This document shows positions 1 through 7,366 of a stretch of 11,989 nt of DNA, piece by piece. Origin of the DNA: an uncultured bacterium (GTDB taxonomy: Bacteria > JAJVIF01 > JAPKYR01); the NCBI GenBank assembly GCA_965369865.1, contig CBDURU010000110.1, positions 1 to 11,989 on the forward strand. The letters run 5' to 3'. Each line of letters opens with the position of its first letter. Position 1 is the stretch's first letter. Under the pieces are notes generated by a model. The model saw only the letters and a program-made list of their open reading frames with translations, searched no databases and was not told where the DNA came from. The position numbers and the translations under genes were made by a program.

Positions 1-43
1 GTGATAATGCGATCCTGGAACCCCACTATTTTCAACTATAAAA

Positions 44-180
44 GGGACAACCTCTGCTTTTCGACGGGCGAAAAGAGATGTCCCCTGTATATTTTCGACG
101 GGCGAAAAGAGATGTCCCCTATATATTTTCGTTGGGCGAAAAGAGATGTCCCCGATCTCAGCTTTTCTCCGATCTTAGCT
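44..180. repeat. Tandem array of three 34-bp-period hairpin units (TTTTCG-N5-CGAAAAGAGATGTCCCC-TRTATA) with an inverted GGGACA cap; REP/MITE-like
   Basis: Units start at 58, 92 and 126 (period 34). Each has the TTTTCG/CGAAAA inverted repeat. GGGACA at 44-49 can pair with TGTCCC of the first unit. The array is followed by CCGATCTCAGCT (152-163) and CCGATCTTAGCT (169-180). Confidence 0.9.
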
Positions 181-233
181 TGTCGACGCCACGCAGTTAG
201 GGTTTGTGGGATGGAGATGTTTCACTCAGTTTG

Positions 234-1358
234 TTAATTGTAACCGTACATTTCCCCGTACGCTTTCAAAATCTCAATTTCCATTTCCGCAATGAAACGA
301 TCCTCATCGATTGTCCTGACGACTGTCTCCCCCCGGTAAATGATACCCTTGCCCTTGCCGGCGAGAAGGGTGACATCGCTTCCCGCGGCTTCACCGGGTC
401 CGTTAACAGTGCATCCCATCAACGCCACCCTGAATGGTTTATCAAGATGGCCGAGACTTTCCCTCAGGGCTATTGCCACCGGCCTGATATCAGATTCGAG
501 GCGTCCGCAGGTCGGACATGAAATAAACGTGATGCCGGTTTCCCTGAGTCCAAGGGCGCGGAGGATTTCGAGGCCCGATTTAACCTCCTCGACAACATCA
601 TCGGTCAGGCTGACGCGAATTGTATCGCCGATACCTTCGGCGAGGAGGGTTCCAATTCCAATGGAAGAGCGGATGTTTCCTTCCCAGTTACAGCCAGCCT
701 CAGTAACCCCGAGATGGATCGGCAAATCGCAGGACTGAGCCAAGAGGCGGTTAGCGACTATCATCTCATCGGTGTGGCTCGATTTGACCGCGACGACGAT
801 ATAATGGAAGTCGGCTTCGTGAAGCATTTCAATATGCCGCAAAGCTCCTTCGACCGATGCTTTCACACGGTCCCCATCATATTTTTTCAGGAGGTCTTTT
901 GGGAGGCTTCCGGAATTGACACCGATACGTATCGGGGTTCCGGTATCCCCGCATGCCCTGGCGATTTCATGTACGTCCTTTACTCTCGCGATATTACCCG
1001 GATTCAGCCTGATTTTATCGGCCCCGGCTTTTATCGATGCCAGCGCCGCTCTCGCGCTGAAATGAATATCGGCAATTATTGGTATTGTGGTAGCGTGCAG
1101 GATTTCCGGGATGGTTTCAGCAGCGTCCTCGTCCGGAATGGTCAGGCGGATGAGGTCGCATTTGGATTCTTCGAGGCGATGGCAGTCAATGAGGATGTTT
1201 TCGATGTCGGACGGCTTGCGTTTTATCATCGACTGAACGCTGACAGGGGAATCGCCGCCGATGCCGATTTTTTTACGGCCGTCGTGTCCGACAGTAATTA
1301 CTCTGCATTTTCGTCTGGCGACTGATCCAGAATCATCAAATTCGATACATCCGGGCAT
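234..1358 (-). CDS. ispG: (E)-4-hydroxy-3-methylbut-2-enyl-diphosphate synthase (IspG/GcpE), MEP isoprenoid pathway
   Basis: Motifs GGDSPVSVQSM, IADIHF, RLNPGN, RIGVNSGS, HLGVTEAG, GIGDTIRVSLT, plus the 4Fe-4S ligand motifs SCPTCGR and MGCTVNGPGEA. The start is uncertain: the ORF is open to ATG 1415, and I chose ATG 1358 because it is closer to the conserved N-terminus. Confidence 0.97.
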   Translation of the reverse strand: MPGCIEFDDSGSVARRKCRVITVGHDGRKKIGIGGDSPVSVQSMIKRKPSDIENILIDCHRLEESKCDLIRLTIPDEDAAETIPEILHATTIPIIADIHFSARAALASIKAGADKIRLNPGNIARVKDVHEIARACGDTGTPIRIGVNSGSLPKDLLKKYDGDRVKASVEGALRHIEMLHEADFHYIVVAVKSSHTDEMIVANRLLAQSCDLPIHLGVTEAGCNWEGNIRSSIGIGTLLAEGIGDTIRVSLTDDVVEEVKSGLEILRALGLRETGITFISCPTCGRLESDIRPVAIALRESLGHLDKPFRVALMGCTVNGPGEAAGSDVTLLAGKGKGIIYRGETVVRTIDEDRFIAEMEIEILKAYGEMYGYN

Positions 1359-1460
1359 TTTCAAACCATCCGTTGAGAAGAATTGTCCAAAGAACAGGAC
1401 GATATTAGTATACATGAAATAAAAAGGCGTATAATATATTTAATCACCTTTTAAGCAATC

Positions 1461-3974
1461 ATGCCAATCCCAGGACAACCAGCCCAGATTTCCGGACCAT
1501 CGACGAGTGAATTCGCCCGATTCTTCACAGGCTCATATTTAAGAGCGTTATCGTGGCTGTGGTACAAAATAATGCTGGGGGTAATGCTGGTCGTTACCAT
1601 TGTTTGCGCATTTATCCCGTTGTTAAATATCCTCGCGTATGAATTTGCCGCGGTAATCGGGCTGATAGTGAGCCATTTCACGGCAATACTGGTAATCAGG
1701 GAAATCAACCTGATCCGTGAAGGCCTTTCTCACAGGGGTCCGGTTTCAGAAGGTCCGCACTCAAGACTGGTTGTCTGGGGAGTGATCCTTGGAGCTGTCG
1801 CAGCGGTAGGATGGCTGATGCTGATCCCGCTGGCCGGAATGGTAATCCTCGATTTAATTTTATCGATACGGAACTGCGATCCATTAACGGGATTTATCTT
1901 TTTCATGACAATTCCGGTTATAAGTTCATTTTTCGCCGGTGCTGTCGCGGTTTTTTGTTCACTGGTAACGCCAAATCGTTCCCGCGCCGGATGGTTGTAT
2001 TTCGCGATACTGCTCGTATTTTTCGTAAGGATGCTTCTACGGTTCGGGGTAGGACATACGATCGGGCTGCACGATCCTTTCATAGGGACACTGAATCTCC
2101 CGCTCTATTCTCAGGAAGCGAATCCTGATTTCGGATTCCTTTACTCGCGATTATTTGTACTTATCTTTTCGGTATTCCTTGTGAATTTGAGCGTTCTCTT
2201 CGCCTGTGGAAAATTCCAGTATTACGGATTCAGAAATCTGTTTGGAAATTTCAGGAAATTTGATACTTTCATGCCTGAACTCCAGACGCTTATGATGACA
2301 GGAGTAATTTTAATAGTTGGCCTTTGCAATATGGGTCCGCTGGGGATAGAAATCACGCGAAATTATCTTGAACATAAGCTCGATGGTGAAATCGTTACCG
2401 AGCATTTCATTATTCGATATCCAACGGGCGGCGAGGTCGAGGAGGATATCGAGCGTGTAGCTGAGAACCATGAATTTTATTACTGGTCGATTTACAACGA
2501 GATACAGACAGCACCGGACGGATTGATCCGGGCGTACATTTATCCCGATCGCGATACAAAGACATTTTTAACCGGGGTGGGATCGAGTGTCTATGCCAAA
2601 CCATGGACCGGGGAAATTCATGTCGAGTACAGCAGGAATAACATCCGGGCGTTAAAACACGAGCTTGTCCATGTTATATCGGCCCCGATGGGAGTACCAT
2701 TTTTCGGGTCATCGCTGCTTGTCGGGTATGGTGAGGGGATCGCGGAGGGATTGGAATGGAACACAGGAAATAACCTGACATACCATACGTGGACCGCCGC
2801 GCTCCGTGAGGCCGACGATCCATATTATGATGGACCATTTTTCCCGCGCGATACCGCTCCGGATAAATTATTTCCCGAGAACGCATCCGGGCTGTCCCTG
2901 TTGTTAAGCAATTTCAATCAGGGTGGGTTCTACGAGGGCAGGATTACGATGAACTACTACGTCAGCGCCAGCCACACAAAATGGTTCATCGATACTTACG
3001 GAATCGACGCGTATAAAACCGCTTATATCGCGAATGATACGGTTCGGGCCGCCGGGATCAATTCAACGGAAGCTACAAGGTTGTGGATGGATTACCTCGA
3101 CCATGTCCCATTGAAAAATGGGGAGATCGAATTTGCCAGGCTCGCGTTCGCGCCGAGGAAATTCACGGTGCGTGTTTGCGCACACGAAACCGCGGAACAT
3201 GAAAGACTCGCAGGAGAATTTATTCGGAGGAGAGACTGGGATTCGGCATACGGGGAATATTCAATCCTCCTGGATTTCTCACCGGAGAATATTCGCTATG
3301 CCTACCAGCAGATTCGGATGCTTTATTTCGACGAAAGATACGATGCGGCATTACGAGGGATAGCGGTTGTCCGGGAGTGGCCGAGTTCGGAAGGATGGGA
3401 AACCTATCTGTTACTTCTCGAGGGGGACATATATGCCCGTTCCGGCCAACTCGTAATGGCGCTTGAAGCGTACGAGGAAGCATATGACGAAGCCCTGGCG
3501 ACCGATCATCGCGAGACCTCCGAAATGAGAATCGCGGTGCTTGAATCTCCGGCGCTCGATGAATTCCTGGCCGCTTACAGGGAGGAAAATAATGCAAGGT
3601 GGAGATATGAACGCGCGAGGGCAATAGATGATGGCTGGCTGCCGATTTACAACGTAGCGGGCAGCCTGATCGGCGACCGGTTGTATGAGGAAGCGCAGGA
3701 ATTGTATCTCGAATGTCTCGCGCTCGATCCGGAATTCCAGTTTGTAAAAAGAAACTGCCTTTATAACCTTGGCGTATGCGCATACAGGGCAGGGGAATAC
3801 TCGCTTGCGGGGGAGAATTTTCTGGAGGCTTATAATATCGCTGAGAGCCTGTATGTCGAATCTCATCCGAGCTGGGACCGCGTGATCCCGCTGGACCGTC
3901 TCGATGTCTGGGCAGCTTCGGTATCGGACTGGATCAAGAGATGCGAGTGGCGCCAGGACTGGCCGGGAATTTAA
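1461..3974 (+). CDS. Multi-domain membrane protein: N-terminal multi-TM region, central gluzincin-like (peptidase clan MA) HEXXH domain, C-terminal TPR-like repeats
   Basis: 837-aa ORF with about 7 hydrophobic segments in the first 300 aa. HELVH at codons 400-404 (2658-2672) is followed by GEGIAE (E425). TPR-like helices include YLLLLEGDIYARSGQLVMALEAYEEA and LYNLGVCAYRAGEYSLAGENFLEA. Confidence 0.8.
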   Translation: MPIPGQPAQISGPSTSEFARFFTGSYLRALSWLWYKIMLGVMLVVTIVCAFIPLLNILAYEFAAVIGLIVSHFTAILVIREINLIREGLSHRGPVSEGPHSRLVVWGVILGAVAAVGWLMLIPLAGMVILDLILSIRNCDPLTGFIFFMTIPVISSFFAGAVAVFCSLVTPNRSRAGWLYFAILLVFFVRMLLRFGVGHTIGLHDPFIGTLNLPLYSQEANPDFGFLYSRLFVLIFSVFLVNLSVLFACGKFQYYGFRNLFGNFRKFDTFMPELQTLMMTGVILIVGLCNMGPLGIEITRNYLEHKLDGEIVTEHFIIRYPTGGEVEEDIERVAENHEFYYWSIYNEIQTAPDGLIRAYIYPDRDTKTFLTGVGSSVYAKPWTGEIHVEYSRNNIRALKHELVHVISAPMGVPFFGSSLLVGYGEGIAEGLEWNTGNNLTYHTWTAALREADDPYYDGPFFPRDTAPDKLFPENASGLSLLLSNFNQGGFYEGRITMNYYVSASHTKWFIDTYGIDAYKTAYIANDTVRAAGINSTEATRLWMDYLDHVPLKNGEIEFARLAFAPRKFTVRVCAHETAEHERLAGEFIRRRDWDSAYGEYSILLDFSPENIRYAYQQIRMLYFDERYDAALRGIAVVREWPSSEGWETYLLLLEGDIYARSGQLVMALEAYEEAYDEALATDHRETSEMRIAVLESPALDEFLAAYREENNARWRYERARAIDDGWLPIYNVAGSLIGDRLYEEAQELYLECLALDPEFQFVKRNCLYNLGVCAYRAGEYSLAGENFLEAYNIAESLYVESHPSWDRVIPLDRLDVWAASVSDWIKRCEWRQDWPGI

Positions 3975-4037
3975 TTTCACCCGGACCGATCGAATTAGTG
4001 ATCCAGGCGGATAGAACAGTCACAGCAACCGGTTTCA

Positions 4038-4130
4038 CTCGCGCCCCAGCTTGTCGAGTGTATGGAGGAGCTGGAACAGATATATTCAACTGTCGATCTG
4101 GACAGGGAATTCCATTGGAAAGCTGAATGA
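4038..4130 (+). pseudogene. 3'-terminal remnant of a paralog of the downstream glycosyltransferase
   Basis: Translates LAPQLVECMEELEQIYSTVDLDREFHWKAE*, against IAPQLVERMEELERIYETIDLNREFHAGRFIN* at the end of 4280-5872. 65/78 nt are identical (4038-4115 vs 5774-5851). There is an in-frame stop at 3999-4001 and no homology upstream of 4038. Confidence 0.85.
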
Positions 4131-4279
4131 TTGATAGTTTGAAATATTAGAGTTGTCAATTTGCAGGGAATTAAAGAGCTAAAGCAATTAATTTCTCAGA
4201 GGATGGAATATCTGTGCAACGACCCCCTGCTGGTTCTTTTTTCTGTTGTGTTGTATTATCATCTCCGCCAAGTTAAGAC

Positions 4280-5872
4280 ATGTCCAGAAACATTGAAAGG
4301 TTTCTTGTTTTTATTGATTTTCTGATTCCCACAGCAGCTCTTATCTATTTCAGAACCACATTACATATTGACCCTTGCGATGACGCATATATCACCTTGA
4401 AGACTGCAGAAAATTTGGCCTGCGGAAACGGAATGGTCTTCAATATTGGTGAGAAGATCTACGTTGTCACGACGCCGTTGTGGGTTTTTCTGATTGTTTT
4501 GGTTCGGATGTTGACTCAAGATGTTGTGATTGCAGTGAAGTTTCTTGGTGCTGCATTCGAGGTCTTGTTGCTTTGGAGCATGGTCTACCTCGGTCAGGTT
4601 GTGACAGGGAGTCGCAGGATCGGCATGATTGCTGCGGTGCTGATGGTCACCAATCCAGTATTTCTGCTAACCAGTTTTATGGGCATGGAATTGCCGATGT
4701 ACCTGTTTCTCATGACTCTCTCGTTCATCCTTCTAGCAAAGGAACGGTATATCTGGAGTCTTCTGGTGGCAGCATTGTCTGTATGGACGAGAATCGATGG
4801 TCTACTAGTATATGTTGTTGTGCTGGGATGGATTGTCTATGCCAAACGATTCCAAATTACGAAAACACCATTGAATGTGATCGCCGCGATTATCCCATCG
4901 ATTCTGGTCATTATTGCTTATCTACTGTTTGGCTTGCTCTATTATGGTGATATTGTCCCCATAAGCGCACAACGGAAACTGGAAATTGGACCTGACCTTT
5001 TTTCTTCAACATGGCTGTCCGGGGTTTTAAGGCTTGCGTTTAATTTTATAGTTGCACTGGCGGGAAAATCCACATGTTATTACCGTTTGAACACGCCGCT
5101 ATGGTTGATACTGATACCTTTCGTGGGGGGACTTATTGCCATCCGTCGTCACGGGGATCGCCGAATAATTCCATTGTTAAGCTATACTGTGCTCTATATT
5201 ATTTTGTTTCTGGCAAGCGGAAATCCCCATGCCACTGGATATCCATGGTACTTCACAATCATCCTTCCAGCCGGATATCTGATCATAGCCATGACCATTA
5301 TGCGTATATTGCCGCCATCCGGGACAGATATTAGAGCATCAAGATCCAATAATCTAAAAGGGAATGTGGCGTTAGTTTTTGGAATTGTGTGGATATTTAT
5401 CATGTTGATGCCCATGCACAACCAAGCTAAGAAGGGACCGGGTGAAGTTGCAGCTAAAAGAGAAAAAACCTATGCGACCGCAACAGTGTGGCTTAACCAT
5501 TATCTTAAATCAGGCTCGGAAATTACGTCAAACGAAATAGGTACAATTGGTTTTTTCAGCCGTAACGATATAACAATCCTGGATATGTTCGGAATTCTTC
5601 GTGTAAAAGAAGAACGGTTCGCAACAGATATGGAGCTCGTTCGAAGTCATCAACCTGAAGCAGTGCTTGCCGGTTCATTCTTTCAATACAAACGTCGTAT
5701 CCAGGAAGAGATCGGTACTGACTTCTATACATGGTTCGTGTTCAAAGACCTGGATATTGGTTTGCGATCAGATATCGCACCCCAGCTTGTCGAGCGTATG
5801 GAGGAGCTGGAACGAATATATGAAACAATTGATTTGAATAGGGAATTCCATGCAGGGAGGTTCATTAATTAG
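4280..5872 (+). CDS. Polytopic membrane GT-C-fold glycosyltransferase (DDAYI family; AftB/ArnT/PMT-like, lipid-linked sugar donor)
   Basis: 530 aa with about 11-12 TM segments. Motifs DDAYITLKTAENLACGNGMVFNIGE..TTPLW, GMELP, TRIDG, and the C-terminal NEIGTIGFFS..ILDMFG. Substrate cannot be determined. Confidence 0.8.
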   Translation: MSRNIERFLVFIDFLIPTAALIYFRTTLHIDPCDDAYITLKTAENLACGNGMVFNIGEKIYVVTTPLWVFLIVLVRMLTQDVVIAVKFLGAAFEVLLLWSMVYLGQVVTGSRRIGMIAAVLMVTNPVFLLTSFMGMELPMYLFLMTLSFILLAKERYIWSLLVAALSVWTRIDGLLVYVVVLGWIVYAKRFQITKTPLNVIAAIIPSILVIIAYLLFGLLYYGDIVPISAQRKLEIGPDLFSSTWLSGVLRLAFNFIVALAGKSTCYYRLNTPLWLILIPFVGGLIAIRRHGDRRIIPLLSYTVLYIILFLASGNPHATGYPWYFTIILPAGYLIIAMTIMRILPPSGTDIRASRSNNLKGNVALVFGIVWIFIMLMPMHNQAKKGPGEVAAKREKTYATATVWLNHYLKSGSEITSNEIGTIGFFSRNDITILDMFGILRVKEERFATDMELVRSHQPEAVLAGSFFQYKRRIQEEIGTDFYTWFVFKDLDIGLRSDIAPQLVERMEELERIYETIDLNREFHAGRFIN

Positions 5873-6118
5873 AAATGAGGATAAGCATGTCTCATCACTA
5901 CGAAATACCTCAGGGAGATTGTCGCAAGTGCACCGGCTACACATTCCCAGGAGGATATGCCACTTTCTGCAACAATAGTCTTTCCTCAGCCAGCGGTCAT
6001 TGTCTCGGTCAATTTGACTGTGACAAGAAGCATAGATGGAGTGGGAATGGCAGTGAAATGTAAGTTAATAAGCGTCTGATAATTTTGTTCGATTCGTCTA
6101 CCAGCTTATTTTCCTTAC

Positions 6119-6146
6119 AAAAAAACCGGCAAATCGCCGGTTATTT
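6119..6146 (-). terminator. Rho-independent terminator for the csp cluster (possibly bidirectional)
   Basis: The minus strand reads AACCGGC-GATTT-GCCGGTT running into a T tract, about 25 nt after the csp stop at 6171. On the plus strand the hairpin is followed by ATTT. Confidence 0.85.
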
Positions 6147-6170
6147 CAGTGTCAAATTTTAAATGGGACT

Positions 6171-6377
6171 TCAGTCGGAAAAACTCAGGACGTTTCTTGC
6201 CTGCGGACCCTTGTTGCTGATGACGAGGTCGAACTGAACCTTCTCTCCCTGTGTCAGGGTTCTGTATCCCTCGCCGGGAATCGCAGTGTAATGAACAAAT
6301 ATGTCAGCCCCGTCCTGTGAGGTTATAAAACCATAACCTTTAATAGAATCAAACCACTTCACAATACCGTCTGCCAC
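6171..6377 (-). CDS. csp: Cold-shock domain protein (CspA family), 68 aa
   Basis: GIVKWFDSIKGYGFI (RNP1), DIFVHYTAI (RNP2), GYRTLTQGEKVQF, KGPQARNV. The true start is GTG at 6377 with SD AAAGGAG at 6390-6384, rather than the ATG at 6434. Confidence 0.96.
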   Translation of the reverse strand: MADGIVKWFDSIKGYGFITSQDGADIFVHYTAIPGEGYRTLTQGEKVQFDLVISNKGPQARNVLSFSD

Positions 6378-6430
6378 ATGTAACTCCTTTACTGGAATGC
6401 CCAAGATGGTAACACTCTGGCGTTTGGGTG

Positions 6431-6883
6431 TCAAGAACGTCCATTTTTAAGAGGTTTATCAGTGTTAACGTTTTCCAATTCATTCGAATGCAAGCTCTTT
6501 TCCACCCTCAGGCCGCCAAGATGTCCACCGATCAAGAGGACGGCAAGTGCGAGTAATGCGTGATCGGAAAAAACAGGATACGCGGGATGATGAAACAATG
6601 GCAGGAGCACAAGCGAGCCGGTATCCCAGCCAATACATGCTATGGCGGCAATGATCGACGACAACATTCCACAAAGCCGTCCGGTTACGGGTGAAATCTT
6701 AGCCCCGATCCATCCCGCGGCATAACTCACGATAGCGACAATTAATAAGGGCAGTAAATAAGTGCGTGGGAATACCCGTCCGCCCCAGTCGGTAAGGTCG
6801 GGGGAGAAGGGGATGAAGCGTAGAATCGCAAGACAGATTATGGAACCGAGAACAGCCCCGATTATAGTTCGGATAAATACCAT
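6431..6883 (-). CDS. Small integral membrane protein of unknown function (about 4 TM helices)
   Basis: 150-aa ORF with four Gly/Ala-rich hydrophobic segments. It is co-oriented between the two csp genes with gaps of about 50 nt. Confidence 0.75.
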   Translation of the reverse strand: MVFIRTIIGAVLGSIICLAILRFIPFSPDLTDWGGRVFPRTYLLPLLIVAIVSYAAGWIGAKISPVTGRLCGMLSSIIAAIACIGWDTGSLVLLPLFHHPAYPVFSDHALLALAVLLIGGHLGGLRVEKSLHSNELENVNTDKPLKNGRS

Positions 6884-6932
6884 GGCCTGATCTCAGGAAG
6901 TCTAGCGCGTTGAAACCGAATGGTCAACCAGG

Positions 6933-7214
6933 TTATGCGAGGAACATATTTGAGTCGGGCGTCTGCTCCCGGGGTTCTGTTACCGGTGCGGGATCAGGTT
7001 CTTTATCAGCCATGCCCAGACGGGTGACATTTTTCGCCTGGAATCCACGGCTCGTATTGATGAGTTCGAATTCAACAATCTCTTCGGTATTGAGCGTACG
7101 GAATCCTTCGTCTTTGATCGCGGTGTGGTGCACGAACACTTCAGTTTTGTCTTCAATGAGAATAAACCCATATCCCTTGTCAGGATTGAACCATTTGACT
7201 TTCCCTCTGATCAT
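6933..7214 (-). CDS. csp: Cold-shock domain protein (CspA family) with a C-terminal Pro/acidic extension, 93 aa
   Basis: GKVKWFNPDKGYGFI, EVFVHHTAI, GFRTLNTEEIVEF, RGFQAKNV, then the tail LGMADKEPDPAPVTEPREQTPDSNMFLA. ATG 7214 is preceded by GGAG; GTG 7226 is an alternative start. Confidence 0.95.
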   Translation of the reverse strand: MIRGKVKWFNPDKGYGFILIEDKTEVFVHHTAIKDEGFRTLNTEEIVEFELINTSRGFQAKNVTRLGMADKEPDPAPVTEPREQTPDSNMFLA

Positions 7215-7253
7215 CCCAATCTCCACTTGAATAATTATGTTGTCCGAATATTC

Positions 7254-7282
7254 AGAATATCATAAAAATTAATATGGGGCAA
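7254..7282 (-). promoter_or_regulatory. Putative sigma70-type promoter for the csp cluster
   Basis: Minus strand TTGCCC (7282-7277), 17-nt spacer, TATTCT (7259-7254). It has an extended -10 TGn and an AT-rich upstream region. Confidence 0.6.
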
Positions 7283-7366
7283 TAATTAACACGATTGAAC
7301 AGTAAATAGTTTTCTGGATTAATTCTGTTACTTAAGAATTGGTTGGATAAATTCAGGAATATTTTA

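Noticed and set aside
44..153. CRISPR array interpretation of the 34-bp repeats (also 7372-7479)
   Set aside because: The units are contiguous with only 6-nt near-identical linkers. There are no unique spacers and no cas genes in the window.
1..237. 78-aa plus-strand ORF
   Set aside because: It reads through the non-coding repeat array and has no protein-like features.
204..1325. Plus-strand ORFs 204-521, 340-738 and 714-1325
   Set aside because: Antisense shadows of ispG.
1400..1445. Promoter at TATAAT 1430-1435 in the ispG/peptidase divergent gap
   Set aside because: There is a perfect -10 but no convincing -35 at proper spacing, so it is too weak to list as a feature.
3220..3980. Minus-strand ORFs of 187 and 189 aa, and other short ORFs nested in the long genes
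   Set aside because: Antisense or out-of-frame shadows of well-supported CDSs, with no motifs.
3941..4126. 61-aa ORF from the track
   Set aside because: Wrong frame: the homology to the glycosyltransferase tail is in the frame ending at 4130.
4038..5851. Diversity-generating retroelement TR/VR pair
   Set aside because: Mismatches are not adenine-specific (several C/T changes, plus G/T and G/A changes at non-A positions in either direction), they follow a codon-like pattern, and there is no reverse transcriptase in the window.
5869..6033. Minus-strand frame MLLVTVKLTETMTAG*GKTIVAESGISS.. suggesting a Walker-A relic or selenocysteine read-through at TGA 5988-5986
   Set aside because: The resemblance is limited to a few residues, there are no downstream helicase motifs and no convincing SECIS hairpin, and it lies beyond the csp terminator. 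Likely chance.
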